Notes: generated by a model from the sequence alone, not told the origin. Counted from the stretch's first letter, positions 8,975 to 18,351 are shown. The stretch is 64,000 bases of DNA from an uncultured virus (IMG/VR IMGVR_UViG_3300021256_000009) (IMGVR_UViG_3300021256_000009); one strand, 5' to 3'. Numbers and translations: made by a program.

Positions 8975-9552
8975 ACAAAGCCATGAAACAGCCTGACATT
9001 GGAGCGACAACAAACAATGTTGTAGAGGGCGGCGTAGTCGCCGTAACAGTTGCCGTATTACAAAAAACCGTACTCGCTATGATTCCTTTTGCGCTGCCCG
9101 CGCTGGTTCTGATAGCCTTGGACCTTTGGTTCGGGGTCAAGGCATCCCGCCACCGATACAAGAAATACAAACGTCCCGATGATAGGGTTACATTCTCAAA
9201 GGCGCTCCGGGGGACGACGGGGAAGGTGTTTGAGTTCGCCGCATGGCTCATTCTTGCCTCGTCTATGTCTATTGCTTTCGAGGAGGAATGGATTCAATGG
9301 GCCACCCTCGCCCTGGTTTATGTGAACGAGATCGGATCCATCATCGGAAACTACCTTTGCACGAAGGACATCGAGTTTTCCTTGCTCGGGTTCTTGAAGT
9401 CGGTGATTGTCTTCGTCGGGCGCTGGGTGGCTGCAAGGATTGGAATCATCGCGGACGATGTGACCTTCGATGGGGTGTTCAAGCCGATGCCGAAGGGTCA
9501 GCCGAGGAACGAGAAAGGACAGTTCACCACAAAGAAAAGGGGGAGAAAATGA
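8971..9552 (+). CDS. Holin (Phage_holin_4_1-like)
   Basis: Several TM segments, LIALDLWFGV and YVNEIGSIIGN motifs; directly upstream of the endolysin. Confidence 0.75.
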   Translation: MNKAMKQPDIGATTNNVVEGGVVAVTVAVLQKTVLAMIPFALPALVLIALDLWFGVKASRHRYKKYKRPDDRVTFSKALRGTTGKVFEFAAWLILASSMSIAFEEEWIQWATLALVYVNEIGSIIGNYLCTKDIEFSLLGFLKSVIVFVGRWVAARIGIIADDVTFDGVFKPMPKGQPRNEKGQFTTKKRGRK

Positions 9553-10139
9553 AGATTCTTATTGACAACGGACACGGAAAGGAAACTCCCGGGAAGCGAT
9601 CTCCGGACGGGACTCTCATGGAGTATAAGTGGTGCAGAGAGGTCGCACGGATGGTTTGTGACCAGTTCCAGGCCGAGGGGTACGATGCTTCTTTGCTTGT
9701 TCCTGAAGAAACGGACATTCCTCTCGCCGAACGGTGCAGGCGGGCAAACAAGTATCCGAAGCGAAGCACAATCCTCATAAGCATCCACAATAACGCTGCA
9801 GGAAGCGATGGTAAATGGAGGAATGCCCGTGGTTGGCGGATCTTTACCACTCGCGGAATTACAGAAGCGGACACCCTGGCGGAGTTTATCTGGGAAGAGG
9901 CAAAAAATACTTTCAAATCACCACTGACGGTCGGTTCGTATTCAAATCAGCGCCTCGGACACGATTGGGAGAATGACTTCTACATCATCAAGAAGTCATA
10001 TTGCCCCGCAGTGTTGATTGAAAACTTCTTCCAGGACAACAAGGATGATGTAGCGTATCTTTTAACCGACAAGGGAAAGGCTTCTTGTGCCGAGGTTATC
10101 GTCGATGGAGTGAAAGACTATCTTAATAGCATCAAGTGA
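9549..10139 (+). CDS. Endolysin, N-acetylmuramoyl-L-alanine amidase (Amidase_3)
   Basis: ILIDNGHG, E..W, ISIHNNA and PAVLIENFF Zn-amidase motifs; start at ATG 9549 (ATGA overlap). Confidence 0.92.
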   Translation: MKILIDNGHGKETPGKRSPDGTLMEYKWCREVARMVCDQFQAEGYDASLLVPEETDIPLAERCRRANKYPKRSTILISIHNNAAGSDGKWRNARGWRIFTTRGITEADTLAEFIWEEAKNTFKSPLTVGSYSNQRLGHDWENDFYIIKKSYCPAVLIENFFQDNKDDVAYLLTDKGKASCAEVIVDGVKDYLNSIK

Positions 10140-10258
10140 TGTATTATGTGACGACATTGGGCGGATACCGCATCGGCCCGTTCGATGATTACGAGTCCGC
10201 ATACTTTGCGGCGACTATTAACTTTGGAATGGAAGGATGGACAATAAGTCATACATAG
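10139..10258 (+). CDS. 39-aa micro-ORF
   Basis: TGATG coupling to the endolysin stop; MYYVTTLGGYRIGPF... Confidence 0.45.
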   Translation: MYYVTTLGGYRIGPFDDYESAYFAATINFGMEGWTISHT

Positions 10259-10773
10259 GGACTCTGGGGAGGAGCGTTTTAGTAGTAGTCTTGTTTTCGC
10301 TCCTCTCCGGATGCTCCCCGAAGATTGTTGAGAGGGTGGTCACGGTGACGGTCACCGAGGTCCGCGACTCTACTGCCTGGAGGGACACGACGATCTACGT
10401 GCCCATCCCACTTGAGTCCGACCAGGCAATCGTCCACGTCGGCGACACATCGCACCGAGAGACGAGCGTGGCGGAGTCGGAAGCCTGGATTGGTAAAGAC
10501 GGGATGCTCCACCACTCGTTGCGCAACAAGTCTGAGGCCAGGATCGCATACGACTTGAAACTGCCGGAGCATTGGCTTTACACGGGCGTTACTAACACGA
10601 AAGAACACGAGCATAGCATCATCAAGGAGGTCAAGGTAGAGAAACCCCTATCTTGGTGGCAGAAGTTCCGTATCCGGGCGTTTTGGTGGCTTCTCGTCGG
10701 TATTATTCTAAGTTTTGGATGGATATTTAGAAAACCTCTTATTTATACTCTAAAACTATGGCTGAAATTGTAA
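10237..10773 (+). CDS. Putative unimolecular spanin
   Basis: Lipobox LLSG-C, beta-rich middle, C-terminal TM helix; follows the endolysin. Confidence 0.7.
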   Translation: MDNKSYIGTLGRSVLVVVLFSLLSGCSPKIVERVVTVTVTEVRDSTAWRDTTIYVPIPLESDQAIVHVGDTSHRETSVAESEAWIGKDGMLHHSLRNKSEARIAYDLKLPEHWLYTGVTNTKEHEHSIIKEVKVEKPLSWWQKFRIRAFWWLLVGIILSFGWIFRKPLIYTLKLWLKL

Positions 10774-10861
10774 TAGCGGCTATGCTGCTTTTCACGAACA
10801 AGGCATACATAAAGCCGGACGAGATCAGTGTCCCGAAACTTTATGCCTAGAAGATTAAATA

Positions 10862-11059
10862 ATGTCCAAGGCTAAGGTAAAAGTCAAGGTCAAGTCCGTC
10901 AGCAGGGGATCCGGCACACTTCTTGCAAGTGTGCCTGTTACCGTTGTTAGGAACGATAACCCGAGCGGGGAAAGGATGTTCCAGACAAGGGCGCAGTTGA
11001 TAACGCATATTCGTCGTGGCACAAGACCGAAAACCTTTAGACCTCGAAGGGCTCGTTAA
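10862..11059 (+). CDS. Small basic protein
   Basis: AT-rich leader, K/R-rich 65 aa. Confidence 0.5.
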   Translation: MSKAKVKVKVKSVSRGSGTLLASVPVTVVRNDNPSGERMFQTRAQLITHIRRGTRPKTFRPRRAR

Positions 11060-11414
11060 TAAACTCAGATATGTAACATTGGCAGTACAGCTGATGCCTT
11101 TTGTTTATACTGGCTTATATCTCGTTTCCATTTCTGCGTCTTATGTGATGCCGGAAGAGTATATTTGGATCATGGATACGCTCTTCTATGTTTCACCAGT
11201 AACCATCTGCGCTTTTCTTGTTCTGTCAAGGCTTCTCCGACTTTGCAAATGGCACAAGACGGCCTGCGTTCTTCCTTTACTTCCGCAGATCGTATCCTTT
11301 ATCGACTACTACATTATTGAGCTTACTGAAATAGCCGCACAAGTTAACATAATATTATTTGGATCAATGGCTGTTCTTTTACTTATTGCTGCATATAATG
11401 TCTTTATGAAATAA
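11016..11414 (+). CDS. Four-TM membrane protein
   Basis: Four hydrophobic segments; start codon uncertain. Confidence 0.65.
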   Translation: MAQDRKPLDLEGLVNKLRYVTLAVQLMPFVYTGLYLVSISASYVMPEEYIWIMDTLFYVSPVTICAFLVLSRLLRLCKWHKTACVLPLLPQIVSFIDYYIIELTEIAAQVNIILFGSMAVLLLIAAYNVFMK

Positions 11415-11415
11415 T

Positions 11416-11700
11416 ATGGAAAATGAATATCTAATCGAGTTGCTAGACTTATTTAAGGTCCAGCTGAAAAACGGAAGTTGTACTAAACAACAGGAGGATG
11501 CGCTTTATCATGCGCTTTCTGAGGTCATGCCGGTCGGAGCTACAGTGGAAGACATTTCTGAGCACTTCGGAAAATCCAGGGACGCAGTTCACAGCGTGAT
11601 CAAGAATAAGATGTTTTCAAAGCCGAAGCGCAATGTAACCCTTTATAATTTCAAAGAATTCTGCAAGAGGATACCATCATCTTGGCAAAAGCATCGCTGA
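11416..11700 (+). CDS. Putative HTH DNA-binding protein
   Basis: ATVEDISEHFGKSRDAVHSVI HTH-like pattern. Confidence 0.6.
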   Translation: MENEYLIELLDLFKVQLKNGSCTKQQEDALYHALSEVMPVGATVEDISEHFGKSRDAVHSVIKNKMFSKPKRNVTLYNFKEFCKRIPSSWQKHR

Positions 11701-11724
11701 TTATCAGTAACATAGTTTAATCTC

Positions 11725-11753
11725 GCCCATCCCTTCAACGGGGTGGGCTTTTT
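11725..11753 (+). terminator. Intrinsic terminator
   Basis: GCCCATCCC/GGGGTGGGC stem followed by T5. Confidence 0.75.
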
Positions 11754-11817
11754 CGTCAACTTTGCGGTACGGTAGAACAGTTCTATCGGATAATTTCTAA
11801 CCTTAAAACTAAATACT

Positions 11818-12786
11818 ATGGCAGAAGATCGTAGTACTATCATTCTCCCGGATAACAGCCAGCATCCTGGCTATGCGTATCCGGCATTTGGGGGCTTTGG
11901 CAACGGCTTCGGCTCCTTCAACTCCATCGCCGATCTCTTTGGTTTGGCGATTATCGCTTCCATGTTCGGCTGGGGCAACAACGGCTTCGGTGGCTTCGGC
12001 GGCGGCTGGGGCGGCAACGGCACTGCTGGCTTCCTTTCCAACCAGCTCAATAACGACAGCGGCAGAGAGCTGATCATGAACGCTATCAACGCGCAGGGAG
12101 AGGCTTCCCGTACTGCTATCTCCAACCTCGCGACCGCTCTCGGTCAGGACTTCAACCTCGTCAACAGCGGCGTACAGAACGTCCAGAACGCGCTGTCTAC
12201 GCTGGCCCTGCAGCAGGCTGTCTCCGTTCCTCAGATCATGAACTCCATCGCTTCCGGTGACGCCAGCATCATCAGCGCCTTCCAGAAGTGCTGCTGCGAC
12301 AATCAGCTTGCCATTTGTCAGCAGACCAACGCTCTCCAGAGCGACATCGCCGGTGTCCGCACGGCCATTGAGGCAAAGGCTGCCGCTGACCAGCTTGCGA
12401 TGTGCCAGCAGACCTACGCCCTGACCGACACGATGAACAGGAACTACCTCGCGCTCGACAACAAGATTGACGCGCTGGAGTCTTCCCGGAAGGACCGGGA
12501 GATCACAGCTCTCACCGCCAAGGTCGCGAAGCTGGAGTCTCAGAACTTCACCGCAGGTGTTGTCCAGCAGGCTGTCGCTCCCGTGAACGCCGCGCTTGCT
12601 TCCCTGGCCCGCGAGGTCGATGACATCAAGTGCAAGCAGCCGAGCACCGTCAGCGTGCAGTACCCGAACCTGGTCGCCGTGAATTCCACGCCCTATGTGG
12701 CAGGTGGCTTCTATCAGGGCGGCTATGGAAACGGCGCTTATTATGGCCCGGGTTGGGGCTATGGCGGAAACGGTCTTATTTTCTAG
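11818..12786 (+). CDS. Gly-rich/coiled-coil protein with CCC motif
   Basis: GFGGFGGGWGG N-terminus, hydrophobic patch, QKCCCDN, coiled coil, YG-rich tail. Confidence 0.85.
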   Translation: MAEDRSTIILPDNSQHPGYAYPAFGGFGNGFGSFNSIADLFGLAIIASMFGWGNNGFGGFGGGWGGNGTAGFLSNQLNNDSGRELIMNAINAQGEASRTAISNLATALGQDFNLVNSGVQNVQNALSTLALQQAVSVPQIMNSIASGDASIISAFQKCCCDNQLAICQQTNALQSDIAGVRTAIEAKAAADQLAMCQQTYALTDTMNRNYLALDNKIDALESSRKDREITALTAKVAKLESQNFTAGVVQQAVAPVNAALASLAREVDDIKCKQPSTVSVQYPNLVAVNSTPYVAGGFYQGGYGNGAYYGPGWGYGGNGLIF

Positions 12787-12798
12787 GAGGTCGTGACC

Positions 12799-13134
12799 AT
12801 GTGTGATTGTGTTTGCATCGCAACGACAAATACACGTGGAGTGCCCTATCTCACCACGACCGGTGTGACCGTGGGTACTGACGCGGTGGACTTCTCTCTG
12901 GGCTTCCGGAGTATTCCCCGCGTCGGTTACCTTACGATTCGCATCGCTGAGGCGATTCCTACGGGGACTACCGGGACCCTTCCGGTCCGGTTTACTCTCA
13001 ATGGGCAGACCCGTGCGTTGACTTCGTTTGGCGGGGTTGCAGTTACCGCCGCCGATCTAACTGGAGCCGGCGTCATTACCGTCTTCTACGACTGGTTCAA
13101 TGGCATCCTCCAGGTTGTTTCACCAATCGTTTAA
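12799..13134 (+). CDS. Small beta-rich protein
   Basis: AGGAGG upstream; T/V-rich. Confidence 0.75.
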   Translation: MCDCVCIATTNTRGVPYLTTTGVTVGTDAVDFSLGFRSIPRVGYLTIRIAEAIPTGTTGTLPVRFTLNGQTRALTSFGGVAVTAADLTGAGVITVFYDWFNGILQVVSPIV

Positions 13135-13153
13135 CAAAAAAAGAGTTTAACCA

Positions 13154-13669
13154 ATGTTAAGTGGACTTAGGCAAGGAACCCCAGTTTATGTTCTGTACAA
13201 GAACGAACCGCGATTTGCTGTTGGAAAAGTTGCACAAGTCAGCAATCAGTATCCTCCGCAATTTAATTTCCAGCAGCCAATTAACCCGAACACAATGGGA
13301 ATGATGGTTGACCTCTCTATCGAGGTTGACGGTAAGACGGAGACATATCCCCGCATTCCAATCAATTCGTCCATCGCCGAGTTCCCAGATAAGGGCGTAA
13401 TCCTCAGCGAGACGAGAGACGGGATTGTGAATGAGATCAATGTCATTCGGAACGCGAGCCAGACCGCGATTGACCAGGTTGATCTTCACAGGCGAATCAT
13501 CGCCTCTTGTGATCAACTCCTATTGGACCTTAACCCGCAGCTCAAACACGAGCAAGAACAAGCCGGGAAAATTGCGAAGTTAGAACAGCAACTTGCAGGC
13601 ATGAGCGACCAGATTGCGGCGCTTACTGGGATGCTGTCTAAGTCCCTTAGCAAAAAAAAGGAGGAATAA
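13154..13669 (+). CDS. Hypothetical protein with C-terminal coiled coil
   Basis: Operon position; heptad C-terminus. Confidence 0.8.
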   Translation: MLSGLRQGTPVYVLYKNEPRFAVGKVAQVSNQYPPQFNFQQPINPNTMGMMVDLSIEVDGKTETYPRIPINSSIAEFPDKGVILSETRDGIVNEINVIRNASQTAIDQVDLHRRIIASCDQLLLDLNPQLKHEQEQAGKIAKLEQQLAGMSDQIAALTGMLSKSLSKKKEE

Positions 13670-13673
13670 TTAA

Positions 13674-13955
13674 ATGGGATACGCAGTTTATAACCTCAGA
13701 GGAGGAAACTACGGCAGAAAGGATTCCGACGCCAAGAAGTTCGAAGAGGCCGCAATGATGGTCGAAGAAGGGCTCGAGTGCATGCGTGAGCTCGCCGACG
13801 AGATGGAGGACAAATACTCCGAACGCCGGTACGGCATGCGCGGCGGTTACGGGATGCGTGGCGGATATGGCCGGCGCGACAACGAAGACTGGGACGACAT
13901 GGACGAGATGTACGGCATGCGCCGTCGTCGGGACAGTCGTGGACGTTTCATGTAG
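13674..13955 (+). CDS. Low-complexity YGMRGG protein ending RRRDSRGRFM
   Basis: Repeated YGMRGG; charged. Confidence 0.8.
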   Translation: MGYAVYNLRGGNYGRKDSDAKKFEEAAMMVEEGLECMRELADEMEDKYSERRYGMRGGYGMRGGYGRRDNEDWDDMDEMYGMRRRRDSRGRFM

Positions 13956-13961
13956 AACGAC

Positions 13962-13981
13962 GGGGCGGGGAAACTCGCCCC
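13962..13981 (+). terminator. GAAA-capped hairpin (weak terminator or stability element)
   Basis: GGGGCGGG-GAAA-CTCGCCCC, short T tail. Confidence 0.45.
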
Positions 13982-13996
13982 TTAAAAATCAATGCT

Positions 13997-14401
13997 ATGG
14001 CAGAAAGAATCGACGCATACGAGGTCGTACCTCGCGGTATGAGAGAATACATGTCTTATTATGGCCGGCACATCAGCAAGCCGCTCTATGAGCTTGCTGT
14101 CGGCATGATGGAGACCAGGGACGGCGGAAAGGTCAAGACAATGGAAAAAGATGCCGTCCTGGAGAAACTGAAAGCGAACGGCGTTACGGTCAAAAACGAC
14201 AAGGCTTACGACGTGCCATATGTCTGGGCGATGGGTATGGCCGACTACATGGGCTCATCCATCACAGACGAGGCTCACCTGGCCAAGTTCGTCATGGACT
14301 ATGTGGATGATCGTGACGGGTCGAAAACGAGGGCTTTCGACGAGCTCTACGCCAAGACCCTTGCGCTAGACATACCATTAATCTGGGAAGACCTCATGTA
14401 A
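13997..14401 (+). CDS. Hypothetical protein
   Basis: Operon position; Y..YYG.H.S motif. Confidence 0.8.
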   Translation: MAERIDAYEVVPRGMREYMSYYGRHISKPLYELAVGMMETRDGGKVKTMEKDAVLEKLKANGVTVKNDKAYDVPYVWAMGMADYMGSSITDEAHLAKFVMDYVDDRDGSKTRAFDELYAKTLALDIPLIWEDLM

Positions 14402-14808
14402 TGCTCATACGCAAGGTACATATCCGGTATTGGACAATCCTGTTCCTGTTCTCTTTCGATCAGTACGATATGGACCGCATCTACGACGCTCTGTTGTGGG
14501 CCGACGCTCCAAATTCTATCATTTCCAAGGTGGAACGGAATGTCCAAGCCGGTCGCTTGAACGAGGGCTTCACTTACTCGGAGCCCTCGCTTAGGCGTAC
14601 CGTATTTGCGACGGGAATTGCCGAGAATGGGCCAGAAGTCCTGGACAGCGTCGTCCACGAAATAATTCACATCTGCCAGCATGTCGCGATTGAAGACGGG
14701 ATGGATCCGTTTGGCGAACCGTTTGCCTATTTAGGAGGAGACATTTCAAGAGAGATTAGCGACATAGTATGCGAACTATCATGTCCGCACTGTCACCGAC
14801 ATTTTTAA
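14401..14808 (+). CDS. HExxH metallopeptidase-like protein
   Basis: VVHEIIH and downstream EPFAY; C-terminal CPHC. Confidence 0.65.
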   Translation: MLIRKVHIRYWTILFLFSFDQYDMDRIYDALLWADAPNSIISKVERNVQAGRLNEGFTYSEPSLRRTVFATGIAENGPEVLDSVVHEIIHICQHVAIEDGMDPFGEPFAYLGGDISREISDIVCELSCPHCHRHF

Positions 14809-14816
14809 AGTCGGTA

Positions 14817-14855
14817 AAGGGCGTCAGGTTTTGCGGTTCCTGGCGCCCTTCTTTT
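14817..14855. terminator. Bidirectional terminator between convergent units
   Basis: AAGGGCGTCAGG/CCTGGCGCCCTT stem with A/T flanks. Confidence 0.75.
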
Positions 14856-15075
14856 AAAGGATGAAGTCTTCCTTCTCGAGAGAGCTGATGTAGAAGTAGG
14901 CCAGAGAAATTCCGGCTAGTCTGCAGAACCGCGAAACGGTTTCCTTCTTCGGAGAAGCTTTACCGTGTTCGATTTTCCAAAGAGCCGAAGCGGTGATGCC
15001 GAGATCCTTCGCCATCTGAGGCCGGCTGGTGTTGCTAGCCTGCCTGATTTCCTTAAATACTTTCCCGTAGTCCAT
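14854..15075 (-). CDS. XRE-family HTH regulator
   Basis: KEIR...MAKDLGITASALWKIEHGKASP. Confidence 0.85.
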   Translation of the reverse strand: MDYGKVFKEIRQASNTSRPQMAKDLGITASALWKIEHGKASPKKETVSRFCRLAGISLAYFYISSLEKEDFIL

Positions 15076-15277
15076 GTCCAGTTTGTTTTTTGAAGTAGTA
15101 TTCGTATCGTTTAAAATAGATTTCGGACATTTGTCCGAATGCCTTCCGTAAAAGCGCATTTTTAGTGTGAAACATTTGGTCAATGTAGAAGGCACATTCT
15201 CCGGCCATCTTCTCCATGCGGTTGGAAAGATAATTCTGGCCAGAGATGATCTTCCTGATGCGTTTTGTTCTATTCAT
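15053..15277 (-). CDS. Hypothetical protein
   Basis: Packed leftward array. Confidence 0.55.
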   Translation of the reverse strand: MNRTKRIRKIISGQNYLSNRMEKMAGECAFYIDQMFHTKNALLRKAFGQMSEIYFKRYEYYFKKQTGHGLRESI

Positions 15278-15461
15278 GATTATCGCGATGTTTAAGCAAT
15301 TCCTCTGCTTCTTGTAAAGTAACAAACTCCCAACCGAACATTTCCCTCATGTTTCTTTTCTGGTGTTCTGTCGGTTCATAGTACAACATAATACAAACGC
15401 TAATGGCGATGGATTCTTTTGGGCCTAAAACCAAGTAACCTTTTTGTCCCAATTCTTCCAT
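15270..15461 (-). CDS. Hypothetical protein
   Basis: Packed leftward array. Confidence 0.6.
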   Translation of the reverse strand: MEELGQKGYLVLGPKESIAISVCIMLYYEPTEHQKRNMREMFGWEFVTLQEAEELLKHRDNHE

Positions 15462-15468
15462 ATGCTTT

Positions 15469-15891
15469 TTAGAGCTTCTTAAGGTAAAACAATTCGAGTA
15501 GTTTCTCGTCCACGATACCCTCGCCAGGGAGTGACCTAAGCAGCGAGAACACCTTGTCCACATTGTCTTGGTAGGACGAGCGGTCGGCGAAAAGAAGAAT
15601 GAGCCTTGCTAACTCGTTTCCCTGCTCAAGCCAAAAGTCAACATTGCGATAGTCGTGCTTTTGCTCCATGTCCCAAATGTCCTGCGTAATCTCGTCTTGC
15701 AGCCGACACGCATCTTTGACAGTCTTTGAATACCTATGGAACATCATCTTTTTCTCCCGCTTGAAAGATTCCGAGTGCTTGTTCGTAATCGGCTCCACCT
15801 CGCGGACGAGTCGGTCCATTGCCAGGGACATCATGTATAGGCAGTTGTGGATTATCCCGGCTTGATTGATGCTTGTATTCTTATTGCCCAT
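15469..15891 (-). CDS. Hypothetical protein
   Basis: Packed leftward array. Confidence 0.7.
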   Translation of the reverse strand: MGNKNTSINQAGIIHNCLYMMSLAMDRLVREVEPITNKHSESFKREKKMMFHRYSKTVKDACRLQDEITQDIWDMEQKHDYRNVDFWLEQGNELARLILLFADRSSYQDNVDKVFSLLRSLPGEGIVDEKLLELFYLKKL

Positions 15892-16075
15892 AGTATTCCT
15901 TAATCGGCGGTTCTTGGCAGAGCCGTTCAAGTTCGTGGATCGCCACGTCGAGTGCCTTTCCGATGATGGCCGGGTCCTGCATTTGCGGAGAGTCGGTGAT
16001 TGGTCCGTCGTATCTGCGCCAATACTGGTAGTCCTTCAATACCTCCAGCGCGGTCTTTCTGTCCATGTTACTCAT
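15881..16075 (-). CDS. Hypothetical protein
   Basis: ALEVL...WRR motif shared with the N-terminus of 19422. Confidence 0.7.
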   Translation of the reverse strand: MSNMDRKTALEVLKDYQYWRRYDGPITDSPQMQDPAIIGKALDVAIHELERLCQEPPIKEYYGQ

Positions 16076-16329
16076 CTTTTAATAGCGTCGTATGTCCCCT
16101 TATCATTTCGTTTCATTAGCATAACTGCGATGGAATACCCATGTTTGTATGAGAACCTGTGCCATCGGTAGTAAAGCCAATACGCCAATAGTTTGCTATT
16201 CGTAGCAATCTGCCCACTACACGGACAAGCCGCCGCTGAAAAGCCGTCGAACCTTCTTGACACCACGATGTATTTTCTTTCCGGAACATCAGCGATTGGA
16301 ATTTTGATTTTAGGTTGTTCGTTACTCAT
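16072..16329 (-). CDS. Hypothetical protein
   Basis: ATGA overlap. Confidence 0.65.
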   Translation of the reverse strand: MSNEQPKIKIPIADVPERKYIVVSRRFDGFSAAACPCSGQIATNSKLLAYWLYYRWHRFSYKHGYSIAVMLMKRNDKGTYDAIKR

Positions 16330-16756
16330 CTTTGCTCGTTACTTTGATTAGAGGTTCGTCGCCGAACTGATGCGCGGGGAAAGCGTCAACGGTGATGGTT
16401 GATTTTGGTTCTGGTTGATTCTTCCAGAGTTCAAATCTGAGCGCCTGGTGCATATCCCAGATAATATCCGATGTGTCGTCGTAATGGACTCCCCAGTCAG
16501 CATTAGGAGCCAAGTCCCAGAACCGCCGTTTGATTTCCTTGCAGAAGGTCTCCGCGTCATCTCGCATCTTCTGCCAGCCTCCCTCGAACTCATCATCCAT
16601 CATCTTTCCGGTGGCTTCCTTGCAGCGCTTCTCCCAGGCGGATTCAAAGAGGTCTTGATAGGCGTGGCTCTGTCCTTCTATGAGCCGGGGAAAGGTATCG
16701 CAGACCCAAGAAAGCAGCCGGGCCTGGCGTTCGTTCATTTCAATGATGTACTTCAT
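16322..16756 (-). CDS. Hypothetical protein
   Basis: Packed array. Confidence 0.75.
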   Translation of the reverse strand: MKYIIEMNERQARLLSWVCDTFPRLIEGQSHAYQDLFESAWEKRCKEATGKMMDDEFEGGWQKMRDDAETFCKEIKRRFWDLAPNADWGVHYDDTSDIIWDMHQALRFELWKNQPEPKSTITVDAFPAHQFGDEPLIKVTSKDE

Positions 16757-16759
16757 CGT

Positions 16760-16978
16760 TCAAATCATTATAATCATTGTTGGATAACGACTTGGATCAA
16801 GGAGGAATCCATTAAAAATCTCCTTATAGTTTTTGAATGTGACGAATTGGCGGTTTTCCTTTCCATAAGTAAAAGAACCATGAATATCGCACCATCGTAG
16901 CTTTTTCCACGGAAGCCACCAGTGCTCTTTCCCGTAAAGCCAGAATATATTATGCTTGTACTCGAACCGATATTTCAT
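16760..16978 (-). CDS. Hypothetical protein
   Basis: Packed array; KEHWWLPW resembles KKHWWNKW in 20668. Confidence 0.6.
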   Translation of the reverse strand: MKYRFEYKHNIFWLYGKEHWWLPWKKLRWCDIHGSFTYGKENRQFVTFKNYKEIFNGFLLDPSRYPTMIIMI

Positions 16979-17214
16979 TTCTCTTTTAGTTTATCGATTA
17001 AGACATCGGCAAGTTCTATTGCCTTATCTGGCATGTCACTTAATTTTCCAGCAAAACCCTTTCCCCAATTAGCGCAAATTCCAACCAGTATATCCTTCGC
17101 CGCCCCTCTGCGAAAAGACTCCTCATTGTAGGCAATTCCGTCTTGGATTCCTTGCTTGTAGGCGTAGTATGGAGAGAGACCATTGAACGCCTGCTCTACT
17201 TCTTCCTTTGTCAT
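16975..17214 (-). CDS. Hypothetical protein
   Basis: C-terminal AIELADVLIDKL helix. Confidence 0.7.
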   Translation of the reverse strand: MTKEEVEQAFNGLSPYYAYKQGIQDGIAYNEESFRRGAAKDILVGICANWGKGFAGKLSDMPDKAIELADVLIDKLKEK

Positions 17215-17217
17215 TGC

Positions 17218-17397
17218 TCAATCATTTATTGTTATTGGTCTTCGACATTGCGGACAAATAATGAAACGAAGCGGTCCATTTTCTCCATAAAATTTCCCGG
17301 TCGAATCAGTTAAGATTTCTTTTGTGGCAAAAGCGAACTCGCAACCACATATGCATTTTCGGAACACCTCAGGTTCCCCGCATTTTATTACTCTCAT
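17218..17397 (-). CDS. Small Zn-ribbon protein
   Basis: CICGCEF...ICPQC; below ORF-track cutoff. Confidence 0.6.
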   Translation of the reverse strand: MRVIKCGEPEVFRKCICGCEFAFATKEILTDSTGKFYGENGPLRFIICPQCRRPITIND

Positions 17398-17552
17398 TTC
17401 TCTATCATTTCAATGTGTTTAACAACTCCATCCTCGGAGACAATATGAAAGTCCAGATTTACCTCCTTGCCGTCCTTGAGGATAGGGATATGAGTTCCTG
17501 ATATTCCTCCTTCAAGGACAATTAGGTCACATAACAAGTCTGCGAGTGTCAT
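17394..17552 (-). CDS. Small hypothetical protein
   Basis: ATGA overlap; 52 aa. Confidence 0.5.
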   Translation of the reverse strand: MTLADLLCDLIVLEGGISGTHIPILKDGKEVNLDFHIVSEDGVVKHIEMIEK

Positions 17553-17569
17553 AATCCAGATATGTTAGG

Positions 17570-17938
17570 TTATTCGTGACCAAAGTAAACTTGTAGAAAC
17601 TCTTCCCGGCTTTGCTTTGGGAGTTCATCGTAGTTCTCAACTTGAATATCGTAAGACATCTTGGACCACCCGCCGTTCGCATAAATGGATTTTATTCTTC
17701 CGATCCCATAGGAATCATATTCGGTTGCCCTTCGAGTTATCTTCCCATGTCGATATTCACAGACACAAATACTGCCCGTATGGCTTCCTTCTTTTGACAG
17801 GCAAATCTCTCCCCATTCATGGCTTCGTTCTTTGAGGACTTCTTGGATGAACTGAATGACATAAGTAGCATCCGTCTCTACATTATAGTTTGTAGTTTCG
17901 TCTCCGAACGGGCCACCTGAATAATTAAATTTAATCAT
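17570..17938 (-). CDS. Hypothetical protein
   Basis: Packed array. Confidence 0.7.
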   Translation of the reverse strand: MIKFNYSGGPFGDETTNYNVETDATYVIQFIQEVLKERSHEWGEICLSKEGSHTGSICVCEYRHGKITRRATEYDSYGIGRIKSIYANGGWSKMSYDIQVENYDELPKQSREEFLQVYFGHE

Positions 17939-18204
17939 TTCTTCTCCTTGCTTTTGTTGAAACGGTCGAGGACTTCTGTGAAGAAATCTTTAGAACTACA
18001 AAGATTCGGTTGCTCACTATTCAAGGTATCGCATAGCCGCCAAATCAATTGCATATCTCCCCAAGTCAGTTCAAGGTCTTTCTCGGCCTGCTCGTAGCCA
18101 TTCTTATAAATAATCCGCTCATACCTCCTGCTTTGTTGCCACTTGCCGTCTGGCGAAAAGTCCGGATATGCTTCCAATGCTTTTTGCTCTGCTCTTTTAC
18201 TCAT
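17935..18204 (-). CDS. Hypothetical protein
   Basis: GYEQAEKDL motif; AAAGGAGG upstream. Confidence 0.7.
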   Translation of the reverse strand: MSKRAEQKALEAYPDFSPDGKWQQSRRYERIIYKNGYEQAEKDLELTWGDMQLIWRLCDTLNSEQPNLCSSKDFFTEVLDRFNKSKEKK

Positions 18205-18349
18205 GATTGTCCTCCTTTCTGATTCGCTGAATAATAGTTTGTATTGAACTCTTAGGGCTGAGACAAAGACAAACAACACACAATCCTAAGAAGTGCCAGA
18301 AATTTCCAGGCCCGAAAAAGAAATCAAGAATATACTTTACGGCTTCCAT
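18197..18349 (-). CDS. Small membrane peptide
   Basis: FWHFLGLCVVCLCL hydrophobic segment. Confidence 0.5.
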   Translation of the reverse strand: MEAVKYILDFFFGPGNFWHFLGLCVVCLCLSPKSSIQTIIQRIRKEDNHE

Positions 18350-18351
18350 TT

